Positions 47,959 through 56,614 of a DNA stretch of 64,000 nucleotides are shown piece by piece. Numbering within the stretch: the stretch's first letter is position 1; the number at the start of each line of letters is the position of its first letter. Source of the stretch: a virus. Its lineage: Duplodnaviria; Caudoviricetes. The notes under the pieces were generated by a model. That model was not told the DNA's origin and searched no databases. It saw nothing but the letters and a program-made list of their open reading frames with translations. Both the position numbers and the translations under genes were made by a program. Where the stretch lies: the IMG/VR virus record IMGVR_UViG_3300029305_003192. One strand, written 5' to 3'.

Positions 47959-48184
47959 TATTATTTCCTCCTTTATTATATCCACCGTTTGTCATAGCGG
48001 TTGATAACGTCATAAGACCCATTAATGAATTCCAGGCCTTCTTACTTTTCTCTTCTTCCTCTCGGAAGAATTCTTCCCTCTCTTCGGGAGAGAGGGATTT
48101 GATATATTCTTCGCGGGCTTTCTGCTTACGTTCTTCATTAAGCTGATATTTGACTTGTTGGGCACGCTTTCCCATCTTAGCCAT
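47951..48184 (-). CDS. Small charged helical protein (77 aa)
   Basis: GGAGG SD; overlaps the next gene. Confidence 0.65.
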   Translation of the reverse strand: MAKMGKRAQQVKYQLNEERKQKAREEYIKSLSPEEREEFFREEEEKSKKAWNSLMGLMTLSTAMTNGGYNKGGNNNG

Positions 48185-48718
48185 TTATATAAAACCTCCA
48201 ATCGTTCTGAATATCTCACATACATCACATGACACGAATGAGTCCATTATGCCGAATATATGAGGTCGCTGTGCGGTATACTTCATTATCAGTTCACTGC
48301 TTCCTAAATGTGATGCCGGGATTATATGTTCGTATATACGTAATATACATCTACCCTCAGTTTTAAGAACGATAGTATCAACACCAACAGGACACTCGGT
48401 CAATCCTATTGGAAAGTATAACGCGGGGGTAAATTGATTCTTCGACTTAAAGTTGTTAAGTGAATAAGCTATCAGAGGACCTTTGTCGAATTCAGCATCA
48501 CTCACCAATGATACTTTAAATCTTGATATTTCAGAAAGATAGTCCATTATTTCTTTAATCTTATAGCTGATACCATTTGACGATATAGTATCATGAATAT
48601 CAAACATTCCGAGGTCGCGAACGCCATCAGAATATTCAACATCTTTACCAATCAATGCAACGTCACTACGGATGTCACATATCTTATTGATCATTTTTAT
48701 AACTTCGTGTCTATCCAT
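48185..48718 (-). CDS. Hypothetical protein, paralog of 48736-49254
   Basis: Shared PALYFP, PxxFGxM and DVCxIFxTIGxFI motifs. Confidence 0.8.
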   Translation of the reverse strand: MDRHEVIKMINKICDIRSDVALIGKDVEYSDGVRDLGMFDIHDTISSNGISYKIKEIMDYLSEISRFKVSLVSDAEFDKGPLIAYSLNNFKSKNQFTPALYFPIGLTECPVGVDTIVLKTEGRCILRIYEHIIPASHLGSSELIMKYTAQRPHIFGIMDSFVSCDVCEIFRTIGGFI

Positions 48719-48735
48719 AATATTTCTCCTTTACA

Positions 48736-49254
48736 TTATATAAAACTGCCGATTGTTTTGAAGATATCACATACATCGAACATCATCTTTGGCGGCATCA
48801 TACCAAAGACATATGGATGAGAGCCGAATACTTCGAGCATCTTTTCCTCGGTAGATATACGCATCGCGTTTATTTCATACATATATACCCCCAGTATTCC
48901 CTTTGATCCTGTACGAAGACCGATACACATAATATCATTATCATCGTTTATATGTACTGGGAAATATAATGCGGGTAAATCCTTAACGGTCTGGATACCT
49001 TTACCCTCATAATATGCGAGACGTGGTAATTCTGTCAACTCATCATACAATAATACATTTATGTCCGTGCATTCTGACAACCTTCTGAATAAATATACAA
49101 TGGTGTCCGTAACGAGATAATTCTCTGGGGTCGGCATTACGTTCTCAATAAATCGTGGATATGTATAATCCGCGGTTTCTGGTTCAGCTGCAGATGCTCG
49201 TTCGTATACTGCACGCAATATTTCCTGTATCTCGAGTCTGTCTTTTCTTGTCAT
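48736..49254 (-). CDS. Hypothetical protein, paralog of 48185-48718
   Basis: Same shared motifs; start MTRKD at 49254. Confidence 0.8.
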   Translation of the reverse strand: MTRKDRLEIQEILRAVYERASAAEPETADYTYPRFIENVMPTPENYLVTDTIVYLFRRLSECTDINVLLYDELTELPRLAYYEGKGIQTVKDLPALYFPVHINDDNDIMCIGLRTGSKGILGVYMYEINAMRISTEEKMLEVFGSHPYVFGMMPPKMMFDVCDIFKTIGSFI

Positions 49255-49259
49255 AATAA

Positions 49260-50378
49260 TTACCTCCATTCTATATCAATTGCATTATCATTGAACGTAA
49301 TAGTACAGTTGAGCTTAACGTTTAGAGCAACATTGATATGATCATCAGTTCGCTCAACTGTTATAAGTGGACTGGATACTGGTATCGACTCATCACTAGC
49401 CGGTTGAGTATTATCTGGTTCGGATACATCATGCACAGCACCAGCCTTTTTGTCATAAGGGTTTGCTACCGGTATCTCAGTTTTATATGGGTAGTTTTTC
49501 GGCTTTTTAATACCCTTATTATTTGCAGGAGGGTAATCAGGGATAATTTCATCATCCGAAACGACCAGATCATAATTTGGGGTATAGCTACTGAAATCAT
49601 AAGCTTTAAAGTCGTCTGCTCTGCTGGCTCCAGATATCCATGCTCTGACTGCACAACCAGTAACTCTGTACTTCTTTGCAATTTCATCTACTGGATATCC
49701 TTTAAGTATATCATTAGCAATCATATCAATATACTTATCCAATGGAAGTTTAACAACTTTTCCACCGCGTTTACTAGCCGGAGGTAGATGAGCTAATCTA
49801 TCTCCTACCACATGTTTCCATGTTTTACCATACCTGATATTCGATATAGTCATAGGATCTACGCCGAAATCAGTAGCGATGCTAGTGATACTATTATTAG
49901 CGAGAAGTCTCTGCACGATTACTTCGACATTATCCGCTGATAATTTAGTTGGGCGTTTGCTAATGATCCGCTTGGGTGTATCGGTATTTATTACCTCAGA
50001 TTTTGATTCATCATTTGGTGACTTGGTATCTATTACTGGTTCCGAATCTAATAAATCGACTACTTCGTTATCAGTCGTATCACTAACCGATTCATGTACA
50101 GTTTCACCCTCACTAATTTCTGGTATGACTTTCGGTTCGTCTTGTTCGTCCTTCTTGGCATTGCTTTCAATGACTTTGTAACCAGGCATTGTTGGATACA
50201 TAGTCCTAATTGATTCTTCCAGAGACTTCTTCCTTGAGAATTTCTCAGGATGTTGTCTAAATGCTTCAATGTCAGTTTTAAGTACGCCGGTCATTTTAGA
50301 GATGTCAGCGTTAGATGACCCTCTAGCAATCATTTCTTTAATCAGTTCGCGATTGCTACTGTCAATCTTGTTTGCCAT
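49260..50378 (-). CDS. Multi-HTH DNA-binding protein
   Basis: Three HTH-like segments (SNADISKMTGV; SITSIATDFGVDPMTISNIRYGKTW; PVDEIAKKYRVTGCAVRAW). First gene after a CATATATCAT motif at about 50441-50450 (minus). Confidence 0.65.
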   Translation of the reverse strand: MANKIDSSNRELIKEMIARGSSNADISKMTGVLKTDIEAFRQHPEKFSRKKSLEESIRTMYPTMPGYKVIESNAKKDEQDEPKVIPEISEGETVHESVSDTTDNEVVDLLDSEPVIDTKSPNDESKSEVINTDTPKRIISKRPTKLSADNVEVIVQRLLANNSITSIATDFGVDPMTISNIRYGKTWKHVVGDRLAHLPPASKRGGKVVKLPLDKYIDMIANDILKGYPVDEIAKKYRVTGCAVRAWISGASRADDFKAYDFSSYTPNYDLVVSDDEIIPDYPPANNKGIKKPKNYPYKTEIPVANPYDKKAGAVHDVSEPDNTQPASDESIPVSSPLITVERTDDHINVALNVKLNCTITFNDNAIDIEWR

Positions 50379-50519
50379 ATGGCAGTCCTCCTTTGATTTT
50401 TAAAGTCCTACTGGTAATTCCTACTACTACCAGCCTTATAATGATATATGCTTTGCAATAGTATTTGAAAAGACACTAAAAATCCCCAGTAACTCTACGG
50501 AGTTACTGGGGATAATTTA

Positions 50520-51407
50520 TCAGTTACCTGTACCGTCAACACCCTGAAGGTCGAGCTGGTAGTTGATAGCATCTGCAGGATTTGCAGTGCCTTCAGCATC
50601 GAGAACCTTGAAGTCGAGGTAGTTGTATCTGAGCTTCTGCTTGGAGAGATAGTAGTAAGCGAGGTCGTTTACATATCTACCTTCATACTTGGTAACCTTG
50701 AAAGGAATATCAAGTGCAACTTCACCTCTAGAACCAGACTCGTAGTTGAGGTGGGACTTAGAGATTCTTGTTGGGAAGCAGTGTGCGAAGAGACAAGCAT
50801 ATTCGATATATCTTGCTGTAGGGTCGAGGTCCATGTAGATGAACTCACATGTGTGATACTTTTCACCGTAATCAACTGTGAGGGAATTCTCAGTGTTGTC
50901 AAGAGCACCATGATAGTGTGCAACACCGGACTGTGGGTCACGCATACCTGTCATCCAGGTTTCGATGAACTCACGTACAGGAGAACCAGACTGTTCGTAA
51001 AGTGTGATAGTGATTTCATCAGTATCATCCTTTACTGCGGAGATATTGGAGAATGACTGAGCTGCCCAACCACCTTCGAGAGTGATTACGTCAGCAGACA
51101 CGTCGCCGATACCTGTTACAGACTTGTAACCTGTTTCAATGTAGGACTTAAAGTTAGATGTAAGGCTCTTAAACTGAAGGTCCATGAACTTTGGTACTGT
51201 GTGCATGAAGAGTCTCGAAATACCAGGAACGTAAGGAGTCATGGAGTCGAGGTTCTTCTGTGTAACGTCAATACCCTGAATGAAGTAAGAGAACTTGTTA
51301 TAGTTTTTATCATTCTTCTTGATGGCCTTATCAGCCTCAGTTATGGAAGCGGACTGAAGTCTTGTACCATAGTTGCTGAGGGAGCCTGTAGTTGTATTAT
51401 CTGCCAT
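50520..51407 (-). CDS. Tail tube protein
   Basis: Directly downstream of the sheath gene; 295 aa; strong codon bias; W...DP.SG..HY and AHCFPT segments typical of jumbo myophage tubes. Confidence 0.78.
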   Translation of the reverse strand: MADNTTTGSLSNYGTRLQSASITEADKAIKKNDKNYNKFSYFIQGIDVTQKNLDSMTPYVPGISRLFMHTVPKFMDLQFKSLTSNFKSYIETGYKSVTGIGDVSADVITLEGGWAAQSFSNISAVKDDTDEITITLYEQSGSPVREFIETWMTGMRDPQSGVAHYHGALDNTENSLTVDYGEKYHTCEFIYMDLDPTARYIEYACLFAHCFPTRISKSHLNYESGSRGEVALDIPFKVTKYEGRYVNDLAYYYLSKQKLRYNYLDFKVLDAEGTANPADAINYQLDLQGVDGTGN

Positions 51408-51427
51408 AATTCAATTTCCTCCTTCCC

Positions 51428-53440
51428 TTAAATATCAAGACGGTTAACGTCGATATCCACCTGGAGATACTTGATAAGAGGCTTGTTCTGGATAGCAATG
51501 TAGAGGTGGAGTACACCAAGCTCTGCTTCAGCTTCGGTTCTGTCGAAACGAGCTGTGATAGAACGTACCTGAGCCGCAGCATACTTAGATGTGAGGTTCG
51601 CAGTATCTCTGTTGAATGTATTGATATCGGATGTCTCATTGAAGTTGTACAGATATGTACAAATAAGCTTTTCAACGTCCTTCTTGATAGCAAGAGCGAT
51701 GAGAGCATTATTTTCTTCGGAGAGGTTGGATACAACATAGTCGTCGGATTCAGCAAACTGATTATCACCAACAAGACCAGAGTATCTGGTTGTCTGTGTA
51801 GCACGCATTACATTACCCTTAGGGTCGATTGCTGCATAGTTTACGTGAGCGTCAACGAGCTTGTCGAGGATATCCTGATCGATACTGTCGTCGAACACTG
51901 GGAAGACAGTATTAGGAAGGAATGAGTCAATTACACCATACTTGGAGTTAGCATATGGAATATGATAACCGCCATAGCCGTTCCAGTGTTTAGGAAGAGC
52001 CTGAGCAAGGTGATATGTAGAAGATACTGTAATAACCTTCTTGTTATATGGGTCCTTAATCTTACCCATATATCCGTCGATAGACATTGTCCACGTGTTA
52101 ATGATATTATCATATGGTATGGTATCATTATATACGTTTTCACGTGACTGGAGGTCAGTACCGAGGTCGAAGTAAATTCTGAAGTCCTGAGTTCTACCAG
52201 CGCCAGGATCACCAGTAACGAGACCGGCAAGAGCCTCCTTAACTTTAGTGCTGAAGTCTGCATCACATGCATAATCCAGAGGACAACGATACTTAGAAAG
52301 GATATTTCTATCGATATTACCCTTGAATGCCTCGATAAACTGTGCATCAATAGCTGCCTGTCTGTCAGGGTTAGTCATATCGAATGCACCGTCAGTACCT
52401 CCGGCGAGTTTAATACCGTAAGGGTCATCGAAGTGGAATGGACTCGAAGAATGAATCTCATATCCAGTAATACCAACATCACCCTCTGCACTTGTAACGG
52501 TGAATGGCTTAGCAGCTTCCTTAGAGATACCGAGGATTGGGTCAAACGTATATGTTGTCAAGGCTGTTTCCTTATCGATGTACTGCTGATACTTAGTGAA
52601 AATGGTATCAAGTACGGATGTGTTTACATACATGTCAATGAGGTTAGAACCTTCAGATCCACCGTATGTATTAATCACGTTCTCCATGAAGAGAGAAGTT
52701 GAACCTACAATAGCATCAGGATGAAGCGTACATCTGTACTGCTCAACCTGTTTTGTACCCTCATAGATATCAATGTAGTAATTCTTATACTTGGATGTCT
52801 TGTCGGCACGACTGTGGTTGGAAATACGAACAGAGAAGTTGTTACCACATTCGCCTCTACCCTTATATGCGAATGACATAAAGTGCATAACCTGCCACTC
52901 TTCATTTACTACAGGTTCATCGGGCAATTCCAGAGTTTGGATGGCGTAAATTGTATCATCGCCGATAGCCTTACACTCTTCAAGAACATCTTCAACTTTC
53001 GGAGCGAGATTCTTGAGCTGGTTAAGATCACGAAGATCGGTAGAATGCTTAGTGATGAAACGAATGTACAATTTCTTACCAACCTGCTTATAGCAGATGT
53101 AAATGTGTGCGTTTGCATACATAGCATCTTTAGCTGTGAGTCGAAGAACCTGGAGGGTTACAAGACCTGTGGACGCAGCGGCTCTTGTGTTAAGGTGAGC
53201 CTGACCATACTTGGAGCAAGGACCGTGACCAAAGCGATCGTCGTATTCATCAATACCATGTTCAATGGTAATAATCTTACCGTCTTCACCCTTTGGGGAG
53301 AGGCCTACAGCCAAAAACTTATAGTTACCTGATGTATCGGTCGTATATCTTCTGACAGAATTGTCATTGATACGGGTCTCTATATGTGGATAGAGATGAC
53401 CTGGCAGTGTAACTGAAGTAATTGTAGCTATATTTGCCAT
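51428..53440 (-). CDS. Tail sheath protein
   Basis: YPHIETRINDNS N-terminus, FG...YGQ, LRL, LAGGTDG and C-terminal LSEENN...DIDVNR; late promoter at 53515-53527 (minus). Confidence 0.85.
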   Translation of the reverse strand: MANIATITSVTLPGHLYPHIETRINDNSVRRYTTDTSGNYKFLAVGLSPKGEDGKIITIEHGIDEYDDRFGHGPCSKYGQAHLNTRAAASTGLVTLQVLRLTAKDAMYANAHIYICYKQVGKKLYIRFITKHSTDLRDLNQLKNLAPKVEDVLEECKAIGDDTIYAIQTLELPDEPVVNEEWQVMHFMSFAYKGRGECGNNFSVRISNHSRADKTSKYKNYYIDIYEGTKQVEQYRCTLHPDAIVGSTSLFMENVINTYGGSEGSNLIDMYVNTSVLDTIFTKYQQYIDKETALTTYTFDPILGISKEAAKPFTVTSAEGDVGITGYEIHSSSPFHFDDPYGIKLAGGTDGAFDMTNPDRQAAIDAQFIEAFKGNIDRNILSKYRCPLDYACDADFSTKVKEALAGLVTGDPGAGRTQDFRIYFDLGTDLQSRENVYNDTIPYDNIINTWTMSIDGYMGKIKDPYNKKVITVSSTYHLAQALPKHWNGYGGYHIPYANSKYGVIDSFLPNTVFPVFDDSIDQDILDKLVDAHVNYAAIDPKGNVMRATQTTRYSGLVGDNQFAESDDYVVSNLSEENNALIALAIKKDVEKLICTYLYNFNETSDINTFNRDTANLTSKYAAAQVRSITARFDRTEAEAELGVLHLYIAIQNKPLIKYLQVDIDVNRLDI

Positions 53441-53555
53441 ATTAATTCCTCCTTTTATAGTAATAAATTTTCATACCCTAATAATAGCGTACCAGAGTAC
53501 GTAGATTGGATATTTTAAATAACTGTTCGTCTTCACCTGTAGAGGGTGATTACCA

Positions 53556-54317
53556 TTACATCCAGAGAACCGCCTCGATTGGTGAACGGTTTTGCTCAAG
53601 ACCACGTCTACTAATATTGACAGAGGTGGTCATCATACGAGACATATGCTCGAATATCTGGGAAGAGAATACAGACGAAACAGATACTACGCTTCGGATA
53701 TTATACGGCTCATAGTTATTCTTAGACATATCCTTGCCATATTTCAAACGGAACGGCTGACGAGGATTCTGTCTATCACGATAAAGTTCGCTGATAATAC
53801 ACTGGAGATAAGCATCCGGAACTCCTGGACTACATCCATTGATTTCCAGATTCATCTTCCACGCCTTGAAAATATCTTCATACTTAATAGTACGAGGAAT
53901 CTGGCCGCGTACCAGAATGTTAAGAAACTTAGTGCAGTTATCGATATTCTGTGGGCACTGGAGTGGCATAAGAATATCTCCTGTGGTATATTTAAGGACG
54001 ATAAATTCCTCCGGTTCTTCGCCAGGATATAATGCAATCTTCCTAGATTCAGAACCCGAAGGATTGGTAATAATGAGCTGGGGGTAGTTTAATGTATACA
54101 GTTTGGAATCTTCAATCTTATCTTCAGGTGTCATCGCTACTCTAGCATTAACGAGTGCGATAATCTTGAAAGATTCACCGACGGATGTAGCTACTGCAGA
54201 ATGCTCGATATCTTTATCGATTCTATCTGGTGAGAAGAGAATCTTTGGAATATAAAGTTCCAGTCTATCGGCTTCTACAACCACGTTACCATCTTTAATC
54301 TTAGTAAATGTAGCCAT
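53556..54317 (-). CDS. Probable RNA polymerase beta' C-terminal fragment (possible virion RNAP subunit)
   Basis: GVPDAYLQCIISELYR resembles beta' GVxINDKHIEVIVRQM, and SSVFSSQIFEHMSRMMTTS resembles SFISAASFQETTRVLTEA; late-type promoter at 54377-54389 (minus). Confidence 0.5.
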   Translation of the reverse strand: MATFTKIKDGNVVVEADRLELYIPKILFSPDRIDKDIEHSAVATSVGESFKIIALVNARVAMTPEDKIEDSKLYTLNYPQLIITNPSGSESRKIALYPGEEPEEFIVLKYTTGDILMPLQCPQNIDNCTKFLNILVRGQIPRTIKYEDIFKAWKMNLEINGCSPGVPDAYLQCIISELYRDRQNPRQPFRLKYGKDMSKNNYEPYNIRSVVSVSSVFSSQIFEHMSRMMTTSVNISRRGLEQNRSPIEAVLWM

Positions 54318-54352
54318 TAGAAACCTGCCTCCTTGTCATTGAGTTTAATCAT
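54317..54352 (-). CDS. 11-aa mini-ORF (MIKLNDKEAGF) coupled to the downstream gene
   Basis: Own GGAGG SD; its stop overlaps the next start (TAATG). Confidence 0.4.
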   Translation of the reverse strand: MIKLNDKEAGF

Positions 54353-54465
54353 ATTATCTTCCTCCTTCTGTTAAACTTATGAAGTTGTCACGATTGTGAC
54401 TCAAAAGGACAAAAAAAAAACAAATGAGAGCAGGTGGGATTCTTCCCACCTGCCCATATCTGTAG

Positions 54466-54858
54466 TTACTTCAGAAAGTCTGGAAGGTCCTTCTTAGTTG
54501 GTGCCTTCGGTCTTTCATTATCCTGGGTTCTAGAGCGATATACCCCAGGAATCATTTCCTCATCGTCGCCGTCTGCACCGCCAATAGCATTCTGATAGCA
54601 GATGTAAGCTGCCTCAGCAGAACGCTTTGATACTCCTTCGAGTGTCAGATCGATTTTAGTGTTACCTGATGCAAGCAGAGTAACACTATTGATTCTTGCG
54701 AACCCGATACAACCGACCTCCTTAACAATGACTGGAACGGTGCGTTCCATGTTATAAAGGAGATGACCTTCCTTGTTTATAACCAGGTTATCTCCAACTC
54801 TCAGGTCAATCTTGCGTCTTTCCTTGTCTGTCAATGTGATGAAAGATTCGATCTTCAT
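54466..54858 (-). CDS. Hypothetical protein (130 aa)
   Basis: GGAGG SD; terminator hairpin at about 54430-54453. Confidence 0.75.
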   Translation of the reverse strand: MKIESFITLTDKERRKIDLRVGDNLVINKEGHLLYNMERTVPVIVKEVGCIGFARINSVTLLASGNTKIDLTLEGVSKRSAEAAYICYQNAIGGADGDDEEMIPGVYRSRTQDNERPKAPTKKDLPDFLK

Positions 54859-54873
54859 TTGTTCATTCCTCCA

Positions 54874-55365
54874 TTATGATCTTATTATATCAACCCCCGA
54901 TGTGTAATCGAGGATGGATTCTAATACATACATCTCCCCTTCAGTAGAAGGAGTGATACCATTAATGCCATGCTTTTTAAGACATCTTGCAAACTTGGTC
55001 TTTGCTGATGCTAAAGCAATCATCCATGCCCATCTATCTGGAGCAATACACTTCAGCTTCCAGGACATGTTCGGATAATCGTATAGTGGATAGTTCTCTC
55101 TGAGGATTCTTCTACCTACTATATTAGGTATAAGCTCGAAGAGAATTATCTTCTTTTGATATGGATGAGTTCTCTCATATTCTTTCAGACGATAGTTCTC
55201 CATCTGAAATGTATCGGTTACTACAATATCAAATTCCTCAAACTTTCGTGAGTTCATATCGTAAGTACCAACTACCGCAATCTTCGCGGCTTTATGTGGG
55301 AGTCTCATCTCCCTTTGCTCCAAGGCATACGACTGAAGTTTATAGAACAATTCGGTCTTGTTCAT
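54874..55365 (-). CDS. Hypothetical protein
   Basis: AGGAGG SD before MNKTE. Confidence 0.7.
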   Translation of the reverse strand: MNKTELFYKLQSYALEQREMRLPHKAAKIAVVGTYDMNSRKFEEFDIVVTDTFQMENYRLKEYERTHPYQKKIILFELIPNIVGRRILRENYPLYDYPNMSWKLKCIAPDRWAWMIALASAKTKFARCLKKHGINGITPSTEGEMYVLESILDYTSGVDIIRS

Positions 55366-55433
55366 AGCTTTCAACCTCCTCAAAAAATTGGCGGTGAGGT
55401 GGGGTCAACACCCCGCCGCCATGTGATGAACTA

Positions 55434-56051
55434 TCAGGTTGTGATAGCCGCGAGTTCGTCGAATACTTCTTCGAAACTATCTTCGAGTTCGATTCCTTCG
55501 TCCTCGATGTCGATGTTTCTGAGTGCCTTTCTGACACCCTTGAAATATTTCATCTCAAGATTTCTAGAAATCTTGTCATGCTTTGCAAGCACATTGAAGA
55601 CTGTGATTGCAAGCATCTTCTTCTCCGCTGTAGATTCAGCCAGGTAGCGGATAGCGAATTCCTCCGCGTCGAGGTTTGCGGTCATGAAGTTGTGTTCATT
55701 AGCATAGAAGTATGCCTTCGCAGCCTCGTAGCGATTGATAATGACACGGGCCTTCTTACTGTAACGGAAACAGTTCTGTGATTTCTTACCCATGATGATG
55801 ATCACTGCACCGCTAGGTACAGTTACTACATCACCATCATGACAGATGTTGATTGTATCCGTAGTAACAGCGGCAGTCATGTGACCGCGGAGTCCGTCTG
55901 AAGCCTTGAGGTATTTCGCCTCAGTGATTATGGTGTACACTGGTGTCATTACACCATTGCCATAGTCCGTACGGTAGTTGGCGATGAGTTCACCGTTGAT
56001 TGATCCTCTGATGATTGCACATTCCTTTTTCTTGTTTGTCTTCTTTGCCAT
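55434..56051 (-). CDS. Hypothetical early protein
   Basis: Start MAKKTNK at 56051 (AGGAGG); TATATATCAT motif at about 56117-56126 (minus). Confidence 0.75.
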   Translation of the reverse strand: MAKKTNKKKECAIIRGSINGELIANYRTDYGNGVMTPVYTIITEAKYLKASDGLRGHMTAAVTTDTINICHDGDVVTVPSGAVIIIMGKKSQNCFRYSKKARVIINRYEAAKAYFYANEHNFMTANLDAEEFAIRYLAESTAEKKMLAITVFNVLAKHDKISRNLEMKYFKGVRKALRNIDIEDEGIELEDSFEEVFDELAAITT

Positions 56052-56190
56052 AAAGCATTTCCTCCTAAATTTAATTTGGTTTATTCTGGGGCTTATGTAT
56101 CCCCGCTTGCAACGTAATGATATATACTTTCCAATGCCTTTTAAAAGACTAAAATTACCCCTAACCCGAGTGATGGTTAGGGGTAATTTA

Positions 56191-56583
56191 TCATGTTGAC
56201 TTCTTGCGTTTACCTTTAAAGAGACCTCCGAGTACATCGAACAGTGTACCCTTATATCCCTTCCAAAGGTAATCCGACATATTGGGAGGTGTTGTCTTTC
56301 GAGCATTGAGTTTCTTCTGTACTGCCCTCAGATGTTTAATAACCGCATCATCGGCAGCGTATGTGCCCTGAGTTTCAAATCTCTGATTGAGAGTTGCTTT
56401 GATACATACCATCTTATGGATAGATGGGTCTATCTCTGCAGTCTTGTGAAGGTAAACGCGTACGGTAGTTGCACCGATACCGTAATCCTCAGCAAGAGAG
56501 CGGATAGTTGTTGATGAGGACAGCACATAGTCGAATACGATATTCCAATATGTGTTATCATCTACAGCCATTACGTTAAGCAT
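56191..56583 (-). CDS. SpoIIID-like HTH transcription regulator
   Basis: YVLSSSTTIRSLAEDYGIGATTVRVYLHKTAEIDPSIHKMV parallels SpoIIID YIVETKKTVRVIAKEFGVSKSTVHKDLTERLPEINPDLANEV. Confidence 0.5.
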   Translation of the reverse strand: MLNVMAVDDNTYWNIVFDYVLSSSTTIRSLAEDYGIGATTVRVYLHKTAEIDPSIHKMVCIKATLNQRFETQGTYAADDAVIKHLRAVQKKLNARKTTPPNMSDYLWKGYKGTLFDVLGGLFKGKRKKST

Positions 56584-56614
56584 TGGAATTCACCTCATTA
56601 ATGTAGATTTAGTG

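Noticed and set aside
55434-56306. ORF-track starts at 56306 (also 25529, 4991, 60546, 2349)
   Set aside because: The extensions run through promoters, terminators or upstream genes; downstream ATGs with strong SD sites were preferred.
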